A DNA stretch of 64,000 nt, taken from contig JAYWGM010000044.1 in NCBI GenBank assembly GCA_043778225.1, forward strand, positions 1 through 64,000, read 5' to 3'. Shown here piece after piece: positions 20,046 through 30,303 of the stretch (the first letter of the stretch is position 1; each line of letters opens with the position of its first letter). The notes under the pieces were generated by a model. It made no database searches. It saw only the letters and a program-made list of their open reading frames with translations, and had not been told where the DNA came from. The DNA comes from Deinococcales bacterium (GTDB lineage: Bacteria; Deinococcota; Deinococci; Deinococcales; JAAFIG01). Both the position numbers and the translations under genes were made by a program.

Positions 20046-21113
20046 GTGCATCAACAACCACAGTCAATCTTTCAGTCGCCAAAAACTCGAGCCGAAGTTG
20101 CCATCCTTCTAGGTGGCGTGCTGCAAGGTGCAGATGCAGCCGTCGGGCGACTATCCGACCCAGAAGTTGCCCAAAGCACCGATTTGGTCTGTGTGCTGCG
20201 CGAAAAAACCGCCTTAGCCAAAGCCCTAGCTAGTGCTGCCACAACTCTGGTGGTCTCGAGCAATTTAGAACTCGAGACCGACAAAATCCTGATTCGTGTG
20301 CCGGATGTTGACCTCGCTTGGCTTACGTTGTTGCGGGTCTACCGACCTCCGCTTGAGCCTTTGGGGATTGACCCAAGTGCAAAAATTCATCCAAGTGCAA
20401 GACTCGAGGCTGGAGTTCAAATTGGCGCGTTTGTGGTCATTGCCAAGGATGTCAAAATCGGGGCTGGCAGTATTATTGGCGCACACAGCAGCATTGGCGA
20501 ACGCTCAAGCCTTGGAGCGAACTGCCTGATTCATGAACGCGCCACGATTCGCCACGACTGCCAACTTGGCAACGGCGTTTTGGTACAAAGCGGAGCGGTG
20601 ATTGGTGCAGATGGTTTTGGTTTTCATCGCACCCCAAATGGGTATCTGCGCCAAGAACAAATTGGCACTGTAGAAATTGCCGACCATGCCGAAATCGGTG
20701 CAAATACCGTCATAGACCGTGGCACACTCGAGCTAACCCGCATCGGTCAAGGCACCAAAATTGGACCAAACTGTGTGGTTGCCCACAACGACCAGCTTGG
20801 CGCAAACGTGATTTTAATTGGTGCAGTCGGCTTAACCGGCAGTGTGATTATCGAAGATGATGCGATTCTTTGGGGACAGACTGGCACAATCGGGCATTGC
20901 CGTATTGGTAAAGGCGCAGTTCTGACCGCCCGCAGTGCCTTATCTAAGGACATTCCGGCTGGTGAAGTTTGGCGTGGCGCACCCGCCCAACCGATTAAAG
21001 ACCAGCTTCGGCTCGAGGCACAAATGCGCCGATTAGAAGATTATGAAAAACGCCTCAAGCAACTCGAGCAAGCCTCACCTCAGGCTGTCCCCTATACAGG
21101 TGACAAAACCTGA
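20046..21113 (+). CDS. lpxD: UDP-3-O-(3-hydroxyacyl)glucosamine N-acyltransferase
   Basis: Hexapeptide repeats; VIGADGFGF, Q.G.V, EIGANTVIDRGT and AHN motifs. Confidence 0.85.
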   Translation: MHQQPQSIFQSPKTRAEVAILLGGVLQGADAAVGRLSDPEVAQSTDLVCVLREKTALAKALASAATTLVVSSNLELETDKILIRVPDVDLAWLTLLRVYRPPLEPLGIDPSAKIHPSARLEAGVQIGAFVVIAKDVKIGAGSIIGAHSSIGERSSLGANCLIHERATIRHDCQLGNGVLVQSGAVIGADGFGFHRTPNGYLRQEQIGTVEIADHAEIGANTVIDRGTLELTRIGQGTKIGPNCVVAHNDQLGANVILIGAVGLTGSVIIEDDAILWGQTGTIGHCRIGKGAVLTARSALSKDIPAGEVWRGAPAQPIKDQLRLEAQMRRLEDYEKRLKQLEQASPQAVPYTGDKT

Positions 21114-21171
21114 GTGCAGAAAAGTCTGGTTAAGTGCTATTATCTTGCGGCGGAAGGGGAAGAAATTAAAC

Positions 21172-22014
21172 ATGGTCATCGAACAACACCTTGAAAGACT
21201 TTCCAAGTTCGATATTCTTCCTTGGTCTGGGCGTGGCACAAGCGCTTGGATTAGCGGTCCTGGAATCCATATGGGTTCGGTCAGCCGCGTCCGTTTTCAT
21301 TTAACTCCGATGGAACCAGTCCGACTGCGGGTTGGTAAAACAGAAATTCCTCTGGTCACTGAAAACGTCATCGATACCTACCTTGCCACCAAAGTCAGTG
21401 CTGGCGGAGCAACCGTCTCGACAATTGAGCATTTACTGGCGGCGCTTTATATCCTTAATCATTGGACTGGTTTTATCATCGAAGTTGAAGGCGATGAAAT
21501 CCCGATTCTGGATGGCAGCGCCCTCGGTTGGTATCATGCCCTGCGCTATGTTGTCCCAGACCCCATGCCAACCCCGGTTTCGCCCAGCCGTGAAGCTGTG
21601 GCTGAAGTCCGCGAAGGCTACGTTGGACTCGAGCCAGCCAGCCCCGACGAGCCTCTGCGAATTACGGTCAAAATTGGTTTTGCTCACCCGCGCATCGGGA
21701 TGCAAAGTTGGACTGGGGTGCGTAATGACTGGCATAATTTATTGGATGCTCGCACCTTTGGCTTTCAGTACCAACTCGACCGCCTTTTTACCCAAGGGCG
21801 CGGTATGGGTTTTAACGGCGAAAATGCAGTCGTCTTTGAAGACGAAGGCACAAACATTTTGCTGCGTGGCAAAGACGAACCTGTGCGCCATAAAGCCTTG
21901 GATTTACTCGGCGACCTCTACTTAATCGGTAAGCCACTCCATGCCCATGTGGTTGCCGAAAGTGCCTCGCACGAAGCCCATGTCAAGTTTGCCAATTTAA
22001 TTCGCCACGGATAA
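21172..22014 (+). CDS. lpxC: UDP-3-O-acyl-N-acetylglucosamine deacetylase
   Basis: GPGIHMG, TIEHLLAAL, EIPILDGSA, ARTFGF and EPVRHKALDLLGDL (HKxxD zinc motif); start uncertain. Confidence 0.85.
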   Translation: MVIEQHLERLSKFDILPWSGRGTSAWISGPGIHMGSVSRVRFHLTPMEPVRLRVGKTEIPLVTENVIDTYLATKVSAGGATVSTIEHLLAALYILNHWTGFIIEVEGDEIPILDGSALGWYHALRYVVPDPMPTPVSPSREAVAEVREGYVGLEPASPDEPLRITVKIGFAHPRIGMQSWTGVRNDWHNLLDARTFGFQYQLDRLFTQGRGMGFNGENAVVFEDEGTNILLRGKDEPVRHKALDLLGDLYLIGKPLHAHVVAESASHEAHVKFANLIRHG

Positions 22015-22017
22015 AAA

Positions 22018-22506
22018 TCATCCCCTCGAGACCCAGTTTGGCGCAGCATCAACACGTTGCCGCAGCAGCAAATTGAGTTGAGCAGCATGGTGTTGAACGT
22101 GGCGCAAGTTATAGAGTACCCACTCGAGACGGCTGTAATCGCGCCGCCCGATTTTGAGGCGCTGGATCATCTTTTCGGCTGTTAGCCCCAAAATATGGGT
22201 TTTAGCCTTGGTTTGAACAAGCCTAAGGTACTCGAGCAATTCGCTTTGGCGGTAGACTCGCGGCGGTAAGACATCGGCTTGGAATTCGCCCAAGGTAAAC
22301 GGCACAGGTGGGCTAAATTCTTCTTCTGGCATATCCGAGAGGTAAAAATCAGTCCAGAAAATTGTGTGGTAGGCGTAATACCAAAATTCATAGAAACTGA
22401 TTTCATCACCCCAAACTTCATCTGGGCAAGCACCAATCGCATTCTCGAGCATTTTTAGCGAGGCAGCAAATTGAAAGTACGATATTTCTTGGATGGTTTC
22501 GCTCAT
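22018..22506 (-). CDS. DinB family protein
   Basis: YHTIFW and RHVQHHAAQL His motifs in a helical protein of about 160 aa. Confidence 0.8.
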   Translation of the reverse strand: MSETIQEISYFQFAASLKMLENAIGACPDEVWGDEISFYEFWYYAYHTIFWTDFYLSDMPEEEFSPPVPFTLGEFQADVLPPRVYRQSELLEYLRLVQTKAKTHILGLTAEKMIQRLKIGRRDYSRLEWVLYNLRHVQHHAAQLNLLLRQRVDAAPNWVSRG

Positions 22507-22574
22507 AGCATAATTGTGGCATTTTATAAGCATAAATGCAAATCTGTATCGGGTACTTGGGTATACTAAAACAC

Positions 22575-24653
22575 ATGGCGATTATTTCCACGGCAACTTC
22601 TTGGATTCTCGAGACCACGACCACCGCTTATGCTTTTGCGCTCAATCGCCAAGGCTGGTTGGTGCATACCTATTGGGGCGCAAAATTACCTCGAGCCGAG
22701 GATTACCCGACTGTCCCAGAATCCGAGGGGTGGGCTTCTTTTAACGGAGCAGCCGATATTTTGACCGAAGAGTACCCAGCCTATGCTGGTAATAAATACA
22801 TCGAACCGTGTCTTAAACTCGAGTTTAGCGATGGTGTGCGCGATGCGGTGCTGCAATTTGTCTCGAGCCACAACACCGATTCAGAATTACAGATTGTCTT
22901 AAAAGATTCGTATTACCCGCTTTTGGTAACGCTGCATTACCGAATTCACCCCGAATTTGATTTACTCGAGCGCTTTGTGGTGGTGCAAAATAACAGCGAT
23001 ATGCCAGTCACGCTCGAGCGAATTTTTTCGGCGCAGTGGCACGTCCCAAAACATCGGCAATACCGCTTAAATCATTTGGCTGGGACATGGTTCAAAGAAA
23101 CTCAGATTCACCGCGAGGCACTGGATAGTGGCACAAAAGTCCTCGAGTCACGGCGCATCACCAGCAGTCATCAGAACAACCCGTGGTTTGCCTTGGATGC
23201 CCTCGAGCAACCAGCCACCGAACACAACGGCGAGCTTTGGTTTGGCGCACTGGCTTGGAGCGGCAACTGGAAACTGACCTGCGAAAGTACAGTTTACGGC
23301 ACAACTCGAGTCGGCATCGGCATCAACGACTGGGATTTTGCACTGCGGCTCGAGGCTGGGCAGTCGTACACCACACCAAGCAGTCTGGGCGGGTACTCGA
23401 GCGCTGGTTTTGGGGCTGCCAGCCGCAGTTTACACCGCTATGTGCGCGAGGTGCTGCTGCCGCACAAGCATCAGCTTCGCAAAGTCTTGTACAACTCGTG
23501 GGAAGCCACGACCTTTGCGGTCAATGAGCCAGACCAAGTGGCACTTGCCGAAATTGCGGCGCAGATGGGCGTGGAACTGTTTGTCTTGGACGACGGCTGG
23601 TTTCACAAGCGCAACCTCGATAATGCAGCGCTGGGCGATTGGTGGGCAGACGAAAGCAAATTTCCCAATGGCTTAAATCCGTTAATCGAAAAAGTCAACG
23701 CGCTCGGCATGGATTTTGGCTTGTGGCTCGAGCCAGAGATGGTCAATCCAGATTCAGAACTCTACCGCGCTCATCCCGACTGGGTCATTCATTTCCCGAC
23801 CCGCCAGCGCACCCAAGCCCGCAACCAGATGATTTTGAATTTAGCTCGAGAAGATGTTCAGGAGTATTTAATTACTTTAATAGACAATTTACTGACCAAC
23901 CACAACATTGCTTTTATTAAATGGGACATGAACCGCAATGTCTCTGAACCTGGTTGGCAAAATGTGTCCGAACCTCGAGCCATTTGGGTGCGCTATGTCG
24001 AGGGCGTTTATCGTGTTTGGGAAACACTATGCACTCGTCATCCAGCAGTGATTTGGCAATCTTGCTCAGGTGGCGGCGGACGTGCCGACCTTGGGATTTT
24101 GCGCCTTGCCGACCAAATTTGGATTTCGGACATGACCGAACCGACCATGCGCTTACGCATCCAAGAAGGCTATAGCCAAGTGTATCCAGCCAACACAATG
24201 GAAGCGTGGGTCACGGATATGGGCGAAAAACACTTGTCGCTCGAGTTCCGCTTTCATGTTTCGATGGCGGGTTTACTAGGGATTGGCGCAAACTTGCACC
24301 ACTGGAGCGATGCCGAACGCCAACAAGCCAAAGACTTGATTCTCGAGTACAAAGCAGTGCGCCAGATTATTCAAAACGGTCAGTTGTACCGCCTAAAAAG
24401 TGCTTTTGAAGGTTTTTTCTCGAGCCTGATGTATGTTGCGGCTGACCAATCCGAAGCGGTGCTGTTTGCTTTTCGCACCCATGCCCCAGACCCTGTGCAA
24501 TTACCACCGATTTATTTATACGGACTCGAGCCGACCAGTTTATACCAGATTGGCGAAACGGTGCGCTCTGGCAGGGCTTGGCAGCACCTTGGACTCGAAG
24601 TAGGACTGCGGCGCGACTTCTCGAGCCTGATGCTGCCGATTAAACGGGTTTAG
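22575..24653 (+). CDS. Alpha-galactosidase, GH36
   Basis: YNSWEA, FVLDDGWF, FGLWLEPEMVN, IKWDMNR, CSGGGGR and WISD motifs. Confidence 0.93.
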   Translation: MAIISTATSWILETTTTAYAFALNRQGWLVHTYWGAKLPRAEDYPTVPESEGWASFNGAADILTEEYPAYAGNKYIEPCLKLEFSDGVRDAVLQFVSSHNTDSELQIVLKDSYYPLLVTLHYRIHPEFDLLERFVVVQNNSDMPVTLERIFSAQWHVPKHRQYRLNHLAGTWFKETQIHREALDSGTKVLESRRITSSHQNNPWFALDALEQPATEHNGELWFGALAWSGNWKLTCESTVYGTTRVGIGINDWDFALRLEAGQSYTTPSSLGGYSSAGFGAASRSLHRYVREVLLPHKHQLRKVLYNSWEATTFAVNEPDQVALAEIAAQMGVELFVLDDGWFHKRNLDNAALGDWWADESKFPNGLNPLIEKVNALGMDFGLWLEPEMVNPDSELYRAHPDWVIHFPTRQRTQARNQMILNLAREDVQEYLITLIDNLLTNHNIAFIKWDMNRNVSEPGWQNVSEPRAIWVRYVEGVYRVWETLCTRHPAVIWQSCSGGGGRADLGILRLADQIWISDMTEPTMRLRIQEGYSQVYPANTMEAWVTDMGEKHLSLEFRFHVSMAGLLGIGANLHHWSDAERQQAKDLILEYKAVRQIIQNGQLYRLKSAFEGFFSSLMYVAADQSEAVLFAFRTHAPDPVQLPPIYLYGLEPTSLYQIGETVRSGRAWQHLGLEVGLRRDFSSLMLPIKRV

Positions 24654-25699
24654 GTTCTTAAATACTCGAGCAGTAATTTAGCCGTCTCGAGCAGCGCATT
24701 GACATGGGTGCGCTCGTAGGCGTGGCTGGCATCCACGCCCGGTCCAATCAGGGCGCAACGGGCATCGAGTCCAGCATTCCAAGCGGCGCTGGCATCCGAA
24801 GAATAATACGGGTAAATATCTATTTTTAAGTCCATGCCGGCTCGAGTCGCAGCTTGGCGCAGTTTTTGCCCAAGGTCGTGGTCGTAGGGTCCGCTCGAGT
24901 CTTTGACACATAAAGTACAGTGCATTTCACTGCTGGTCTGTCCATCGCCAATGGCTGCCATGTCCACAGCAATCACTTCGGTCACATCTGGCGCAACTGT
25001 TCCGGCTGCCCCATGTCCAACTTCTTCGTAATTGGTAATAATAAAGTCTACTCGAGATGGCAATTTCTTTTTTTGTGCCAGTAAGTCTGCGGTGACAGCC
25101 AATAGAATAGCCACGCCAGTTTTATTATCCAAAAAGCGTGATTTGATATAGCCATTTTCAAAAACTTCAGTGCGTGGTTGCCAAGAAATAAAATCGCCAA
25201 CCCCAACCCCAAGCGCTCGAGTGTCGGCTGCACCGGCAATCGCACGACCATCGAGGGTCGCATCCAAGCGTACTTCTAGCGTTTCTGAACTGCGTTTATT
25301 TTCGGATAACGCCGCCCCCCAAACATGGGTAGATTGGCGCACATTGACCACCGTACCGGGCAGCGCTCGCCCAGATTGGGTGTGAACCAAACAGTATTCG
25401 CCCTCAACTGTTCCCCAGTCGTAGCCACCGAGCATCGATAAACGCAAACGCCCATTGTATTTAATTTCTTTGACCATTGCGCCAAGCGTGTCAATGTGGG
25501 CAAGCACGGCTCGAGGTGCGCCTTTGCCGCCGCTAACGCTCCATTTCAGTGCGCCTTTGTGGGTGAGGGTCGGTTGCACTCCCAAGGCAATCAGTTCACG
25601 CTCGAGCCACCTCAAGGCTTCTTGGGTCAGCCCAGTTGGTGAAGGAATGTCGAGTAAATCCCGCAGGGATTGGACTATCTTTTTTGAGTCAAGCGCCAT
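24650..25699 (-). CDS. M42 family metallopeptidase
   Basis: PSPTG, AHIDTLG, LDNK, EEVG and SHAYERTH motifs. Confidence 0.9.
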   Translation of the reverse strand: MALDSKKIVQSLRDLLDIPSPTGLTQEALRWLERELIALGVQPTLTHKGALKWSVSGGKGAPRAVLAHIDTLGAMVKEIKYNGRLRLSMLGGYDWGTVEGEYCLVHTQSGRALPGTVVNVRQSTHVWGAALSENKRSSETLEVRLDATLDGRAIAGAADTRALGVGVGDFISWQPRTEVFENGYIKSRFLDNKTGVAILLAVTADLLAQKKKLPSRVDFIITNYEEVGHGAAGTVAPDVTEVIAVDMAAIGDGQTSSEMHCTLCVKDSSGPYDHDLGQKLRQAATRAGMDLKIDIYPYYSSDASAAWNAGLDARCALIGPGVDASHAYERTHVNALLETAKLLLEYLRT

Positions 25700-25723
25700 T
25701 TGCCGATAGTCTACTGCAAATTT

Positions 25724-26620
25724 TCAAGAACGCGGTTCGGAATCCAGCACGGCTTGGCTATTTGTGGCATCAAGCATGACTTGCAATTGGGCAGGTAAGG
25801 TCAGTTGCAGATTAGGGGCGCTTGGCTGCCATGCCAATTCATCCAAACGGTTTTTGAGGCGTTTACGCCATTCTCGAGACAGCCCCCACTGTTCTTTGGG
25901 TTGTACCTTCATCAGAATCCGCACCGTCATTTGCGTACCAAGGGCTTGAATCCCCAACACCTCGGGCGGGTCAATAAATTTAGCTGCAAATGCTGGATCG
26001 CCAAAGAATGCCAAGACCAGTTTTTCGAGTTCCTCAAGAGCAGTTTCAATCGCAACTGAATTGGGTATTTCGACATCCGCCACAATTCGCGCCCAGTCTT
26101 TGGATAGAATACTGACGGTTTTAATTTCGCCGTTGGGAATGGTGTGGGCTGTACCTTCGAGGTCGCGCAGCACGGTAACACGTAAATTCAAATGCTCGAC
26201 TGTACCCGATAAAACATGAGCCGAGGCGGCATTGACTTTAACAATATCACCGACTCCATATTGGTCCTCGAGCAGAATAAAAAAGCCGTTTAGCACATCG
26301 CGCACCAAGCTCTGTGCGCCAAAACTGACCGCCAGACCAAGAATCGAAACACCCGCCAAAAGCGCCGTGACATTGACCCCGATTTCGGACAGTACCGCCA
26401 GTAAGGTTAAAACCAGCACCAGCACCCGCAAACTCGAGGACAACACCACGCGCAGCGTTTCAGTGCGGACATTGCGCCTCGAGAATTCTCTTGGGGCAGT
26501 CACGGCGGCGGCAAAACGGTTGATCAGCCAGAGCAGAAAAACAGCCACCAAAAGCGTTAAAACCACATTTGGTAGCACATCCCAAAATCCCTCGAGTTTT
26601 TTAAGAAGACGGTCAATCAT
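25724..26620 (-). CDS. Small-conductance mechanosensitive channel (MscS family)
   Basis: GLAVSFGAQSLVRD, GD.V, GTVE and IPNG motifs. Confidence 0.9.
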   Translation of the reverse strand: MIDRLLKKLEGFWDVLPNVVLTLLVAVFLLWLINRFAAAVTAPREFSRRNVRTETLRVVLSSSLRVLVLVLTLLAVLSEIGVNVTALLAGVSILGLAVSFGAQSLVRDVLNGFFILLEDQYGVGDIVKVNAASAHVLSGTVEHLNLRVTVLRDLEGTAHTIPNGEIKTVSILSKDWARIVADVEIPNSVAIETALEELEKLVLAFFGDPAFAAKFIDPPEVLGIQALGTQMTVRILMKVQPKEQWGLSREWRKRLKNRLDELAWQPSAPNLQLTLPAQLQVMLDATNSQAVLDSEPRS

Positions 26621-27638
26621 TTTTCTTGGTTAAGCCCTCGAGTTTTTGTGCAACCTTTTCGAGAAGGTTAGCATCCACGGCTTTTTGAGCAGTTTTCAGG
26701 GCGCTGTAAACGGCTTTGGCATCCGAAGAACCATGCCCAATAAAGACCAAGCCCTTGACCCCCAAAAGCGGCTGTGCGCCAAATTCGGCTGGGTCGAGCT
26801 TGGCTGCCACACTGCGGAGCGCCGGACGCACCAACAGCGCTCCGAGTTTAACCAACCACGACCCACCACTGAGCGCCTCTTTAATCCAGCCAATCAAGAC
26901 CTTGGCTTCGGCTTCGGCGGCTTTTAAGACCACATTGCCAGTAAAACCATCGGTCACGACCACATCCACTGTTCCCTTAAAAATATCACGCCCTTCGACA
27001 TTGCCAAAAAAGTTGATGCCCGGCGTGACTTTAAGTAAATCAAAAGTTTCATTGACCAGCGCGTTGCCTTTGCCTTCTTCTTCGCCAATCGTTAATAAGC
27101 CCACCGTTGGGTCGCTAATTCCCTGCATGGCACTCGAGTAAGCCGCCCCCATCAGCGCAAAGCCTTGCAAAAACTCTGGGCGGTTGTCGGCATTTGCACC
27201 AACATCGGTTAAAGTCACGCGCCCTTTGGCGTTGGGGAAATTCGAGACAATCGCGGGGCGTTCAACCCCAGCCAAGCGTCCCAAGCCAAACAAAGCACTG
27301 ACCAGCGTTGCGCCCGTATGCCCTTGGGCAACCACCGCACTGGCTTTTTTCGAGCGCACCAAATTCACTGCGACGTTAATCGAAAGGTTTTTGTTGCGCC
27401 GCACATCGGTGGCGGGGTCATCCATGTGGATGACTTCGGAGGCATCCACGACACTGAGCGGCAAGTTTTTCCAGCCAGCCCCAGCCACCCGCTCGAGTTC
27501 TCGAGTGACCTCGGCTTCGCGCCCGACCAGCACCACCGCCAGACCTTCTTTGGCGGCACGGACTGCGCCCTCGACCATGGCGGCTGGCGCAAAGTCTCCG
27601 CCCATGGCATCGAGGGCAATTGGTAAAGGTTCTGACAT
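26613..27638 (-). CDS. plsX: Phosphate acyltransferase PlsX
   Basis: IALDAMGGDFAP, GHTGA, DVGAN, GNVEGRD and TDGFTGNVVLK motifs; start moved to ATG 27638. Confidence 0.95.
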   Translation of the reverse strand: MSEPLPIALDAMGGDFAPAAMVEGAVRAAKEGLAVVLVGREAEVTRELERVAGAGWKNLPLSVVDASEVIHMDDPATDVRRNKNLSINVAVNLVRSKKASAVVAQGHTGATLVSALFGLGRLAGVERPAIVSNFPNAKGRVTLTDVGANADNRPEFLQGFALMGAAYSSAMQGISDPTVGLLTIGEEEGKGNALVNETFDLLKVTPGINFFGNVEGRDIFKGTVDVVVTDGFTGNVVLKAAEAEAKVLIGWIKEALSGGSWLVKLGALLVRPALRSVAAKLDPAEFGAQPLLGVKGLVFIGHGSSDAKAVYSALKTAQKAVDANLLEKVAQKLEGLTKKND

Positions 27639-27740
27639 GGCTAAGAGCTTAACAAAAGAAAGGGGGCAAATGGACAATATGGATTCTCGAGCCAAAAAAA
27701 CCCCAAAGATTGAATCTTTGGGTTCTCGAGCCAAAGTGTT

Positions 27741-28310
27741 TTAGGGTACGACTTGAATGGTAATTATTCCATCGAAAATAGGAACAAAAGGGGTACGTTT
27801 GAATGTATTTGGGACTTCTACTGCATTACTCAAGAAACCACCCCTAAGAATTACTGTACCTGCGCTTTTTCCTTTAACAATAAAAGTCGCTTTACTTTGG
27901 TCTCCTTCATTGGTGGTGGTCACTCGAGGAGGTACGTTGTCAGTTCCCGTTATCGGAATAACCATTTCTAACTGTGGAGCAATAGGAAAAGCACTGGGTT
28001 GTGGACCCGCCAATACACCATCAATATTCAAGAGATACGGAGCAGAGGATTGATTTGTGCTTTGATTCGGGTTTTGCGTAGGTTGATTTGGGTCTGGAGT
28101 AAACAAAAATCCGGTATCATTAACTGGTATCGGTTGGTCTGGACTCGTTGTGATTGCCCGCCTTGGTGCAGTCATGGTTATCGTTGCGGTTTCACCAACT
28201 TTGATTATCAACTTATCGGCTGTCATTTGGGGGCGTGTGTTGCTGCCAGGCGGAGTGCAACCATATAAGCCAATCAAAGCTATCAATAAAAAGGTATAGA
28301 TTTTTTTCAC
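27741..28310 (-). CDS. Hypothetical lipoprotein with Ig-like beta content
   Basis: MKK + hydrophobic stretch + LYGC lipobox. Confidence 0.7.
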   Translation of the reverse strand: MKKIYTFLLIALIGLYGCTPPGSNTRPQMTADKLIIKVGETATITMTAPRRAITTSPDQPIPVNDTGFLFTPDPNQPTQNPNQSTNQSSAPYLLNIDGVLAGPQPSAFPIAPQLEMVIPITGTDNVPPRVTTTNEGDQSKATFIVKGKSAGTVILRGGFLSNAVEVPNTFKRTPFVPIFDGIITIQVVP

Positions 28311-30115
28311 GGCACACCCGCTAAGGTAAAGAATGTAGCGTCAGCAATACTTTTCGTTAGTGTTCTGTATGGACTTTCTGCGGGTAGAGAATCATGTAGT
28401 GTTTTTAATCTACTAGACCAAGCGGTAGAAAAACTCAGATTATATGCTCCAATGTCCCATAACCGCGCCCGAACTTTACCAAATGCAGCCTGAGCAGTAA
28501 TTCCGTTAAAAGGTTTAACAACCTCTTGTGTATAGCGATAAAAGAAAGTTGAAACCCGCGATTCGTTTTCGTTGCCCACATTATGAGCAGCGCAAGATGG
28601 AAAATAATTACAGCCTCGAAGCTGACTATCGTTCGTCCAAGGAGCAAAGTTAAAGTTAAAATTGTCTTGAAGCATAAGATAGAAATAATTGGCAAAACCT
28701 TCATTATAGGCAAGCTCGACATTTTCTTGCTGGTCTATATCGTGATTACCCCAAGCAAAGGCAGGACTAACTATGCTAAAGGCTCCAAAATCATATGCCC
28801 AAGTATATCCTCCAGCCCCACTTGGTCTGGCTGTTCGATACATCATGTTATGTCCAAATTCATGCCATGCAATGTATGGATAAAACCAGTCTGAACCCAG
28901 AATTTCTAATCTTGCCACAGGAGCAAAGTTTCCTCCAGGAAGACGTGTTGGCCAGACAATTCGGATTGGGAAATAACTTGCACCGTCTCCACCAGCCCCG
29001 ACATTAAATTCTTGTGCGGCTTGCACCATGCGATAAAGCCACAGGGCTTGTCCAGAACTTGAATCATTTGCAAGCACATCAACATAGTAAAAGTTAGATG
29101 CTCCCTCCCAATTTGTGCCAGTACGAACACTATAAGTGTTGACATACAAAGGGACTAAGATATTGTTGACCCCAATTTCGTGGCTATCAAGAGTCTCGAT
29201 TAAAAAGTAAATATCTGGTCCGGTATAATCCCACCAAGCTCCCCAATCACAACTAGGTTTGCGAAATGAAAAACTGCCACTTGCGTCGGTATAACCAGCC
29301 GTTATTGGTGTCGAACCCATCCATCCATTATCGTCCCAAACAGAAACTTTGGTAAAAGGCAAAGGCAAGGTTTTGCCGTTGTAAGAAACAGTCGCCACCA
29401 TTGTTGCCCAATCACCTAAGCCACACCAACCTTGTGGTCTTGCATTGGCTTTGGCTCGAGCCGCAGTGCTTGGTGGTTGCAGTTCTTCTGGTCTGGGTTT
29501 TCCACTGCCCGTATCCGGCAAATAGCTAATGGCAGTGTTAAAAGGTTCGGTTTTAGTGCCATCTGGTTTTGTAAATTGCAAATTCTCGAGTCTCGAGTCC
29601 AAACGCACACCATCTAAATCTTTAACATCATCTATGGTTTGGGCAGCACTGAGGGCTGCATATTCTTCTGGGGTGCTTATTTTTGGTAAGTTCTCGAGGT
29701 GCTTTTCTAGGGTCTCGAGTCCAGATTCGGCTTGTGGATATGCACCTGCACTGGCAGCAGCAGTGTTATTGCTTGCCACATTAAAACCAAGCATATCGGC
29801 GGCTGGTTCTTGCCACTGGCTGCCTGTGGCATTAGCGGTGATGTTGTAGTAGCCACTGCGTTTTGGTGTACCGCGCAACTCGAGGCTTTTGGTTTGTCCT
29901 GCTCCAATGGTGACTTGAATTGGTTCTTGACTGATACCAAGGTTTTTTGGGGCGGCAATCGCCACATTAACATTGCTGTCTTTTGGGCTGTAAATCTCGA
30001 GCGTAACGCTAAATTCTTGACCTTTACGAAAAGCAGTTTGAGCAGTGGTGATTTGTAAGGTTGGTTCTGTAGAAATTTCGAGCGGTGCTTGGTTACAACT
30101 CGAGAGAAAAAGCAT
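28307..30115 (-). CDS. Putative lipoprotein zinc metallopeptidase (HEXXH); 5' end possibly frameshifted
   Basis: LSSC lipobox; WHEFGH plus downstream NEGFANYF gluzincin-like Glu. Confidence 0.6.
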   Translation of the reverse strand: MLFLSSCNQAPLEISTEPTLQITTAQTAFRKGQEFSVTLEIYSPKDSNVNVAIAAPKNLGISQEPIQVTIGAGQTKSLELRGTPKRSGYYNITANATGSQWQEPAADMLGFNVASNNTAAASAGAYPQAESGLETLEKHLENLPKISTPEEYAALSAAQTIDDVKDLDGVRLDSRLENLQFTKPDGTKTEPFNTAISYLPDTGSGKPRPEELQPPSTAARAKANARPQGWCGLGDWATMVATVSYNGKTLPLPFTKVSVWDDNGWMGSTPITAGYTDASGSFSFRKPSCDWGAWWDYTGPDIYFLIETLDSHEIGVNNILVPLYVNTYSVRTGTNWEGASNFYYVDVLANDSSSGQALWLYRMVQAAQEFNVGAGGDGASYFPIRIVWPTRLPGGNFAPVARLEILGSDWFYPYIAWHEFGHNMMYRTARPSGAGGYTWAYDFGAFSIVSPAFAWGNHDIDQQENVELAYNEGFANYFYLMLQDNFNFNFAPWTNDSQLRGCNYFPSCAAHNVGNENESRVSTFFYRYTQEVVKPFNGITAQAAFGKVRARLWDIGAYNLSFSTAWSSRLKTLHDSLPAESPYRTLTKSIADATFFTLAGVP

Positions 30116-30303
30116 ACACGCGCCGACTAGACTAGGAATGACGGAACTCCCATAGTATCCTCCAGCAAAACCCGAACTGTTCGCTGCGAATTAAAATTTT
30201 CGCATATCAAGACTGTAGCACAATCAATGCAAAATCAGGTCAAAACAGCCTTTTTATTCTGCTGGTCAGGGAAATCATGGCTTATAAGGCGGCTAGGGGT
30301 GAC

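Noticed and set aside
27639..27734. N-terminal extensions in the ORF track (plsX; likewise mutM, E2, lpxC and the alpha-galactosidase)
   Set aside because: Family-typical N-termini and/or -10 or RBS signals support downstream starts.
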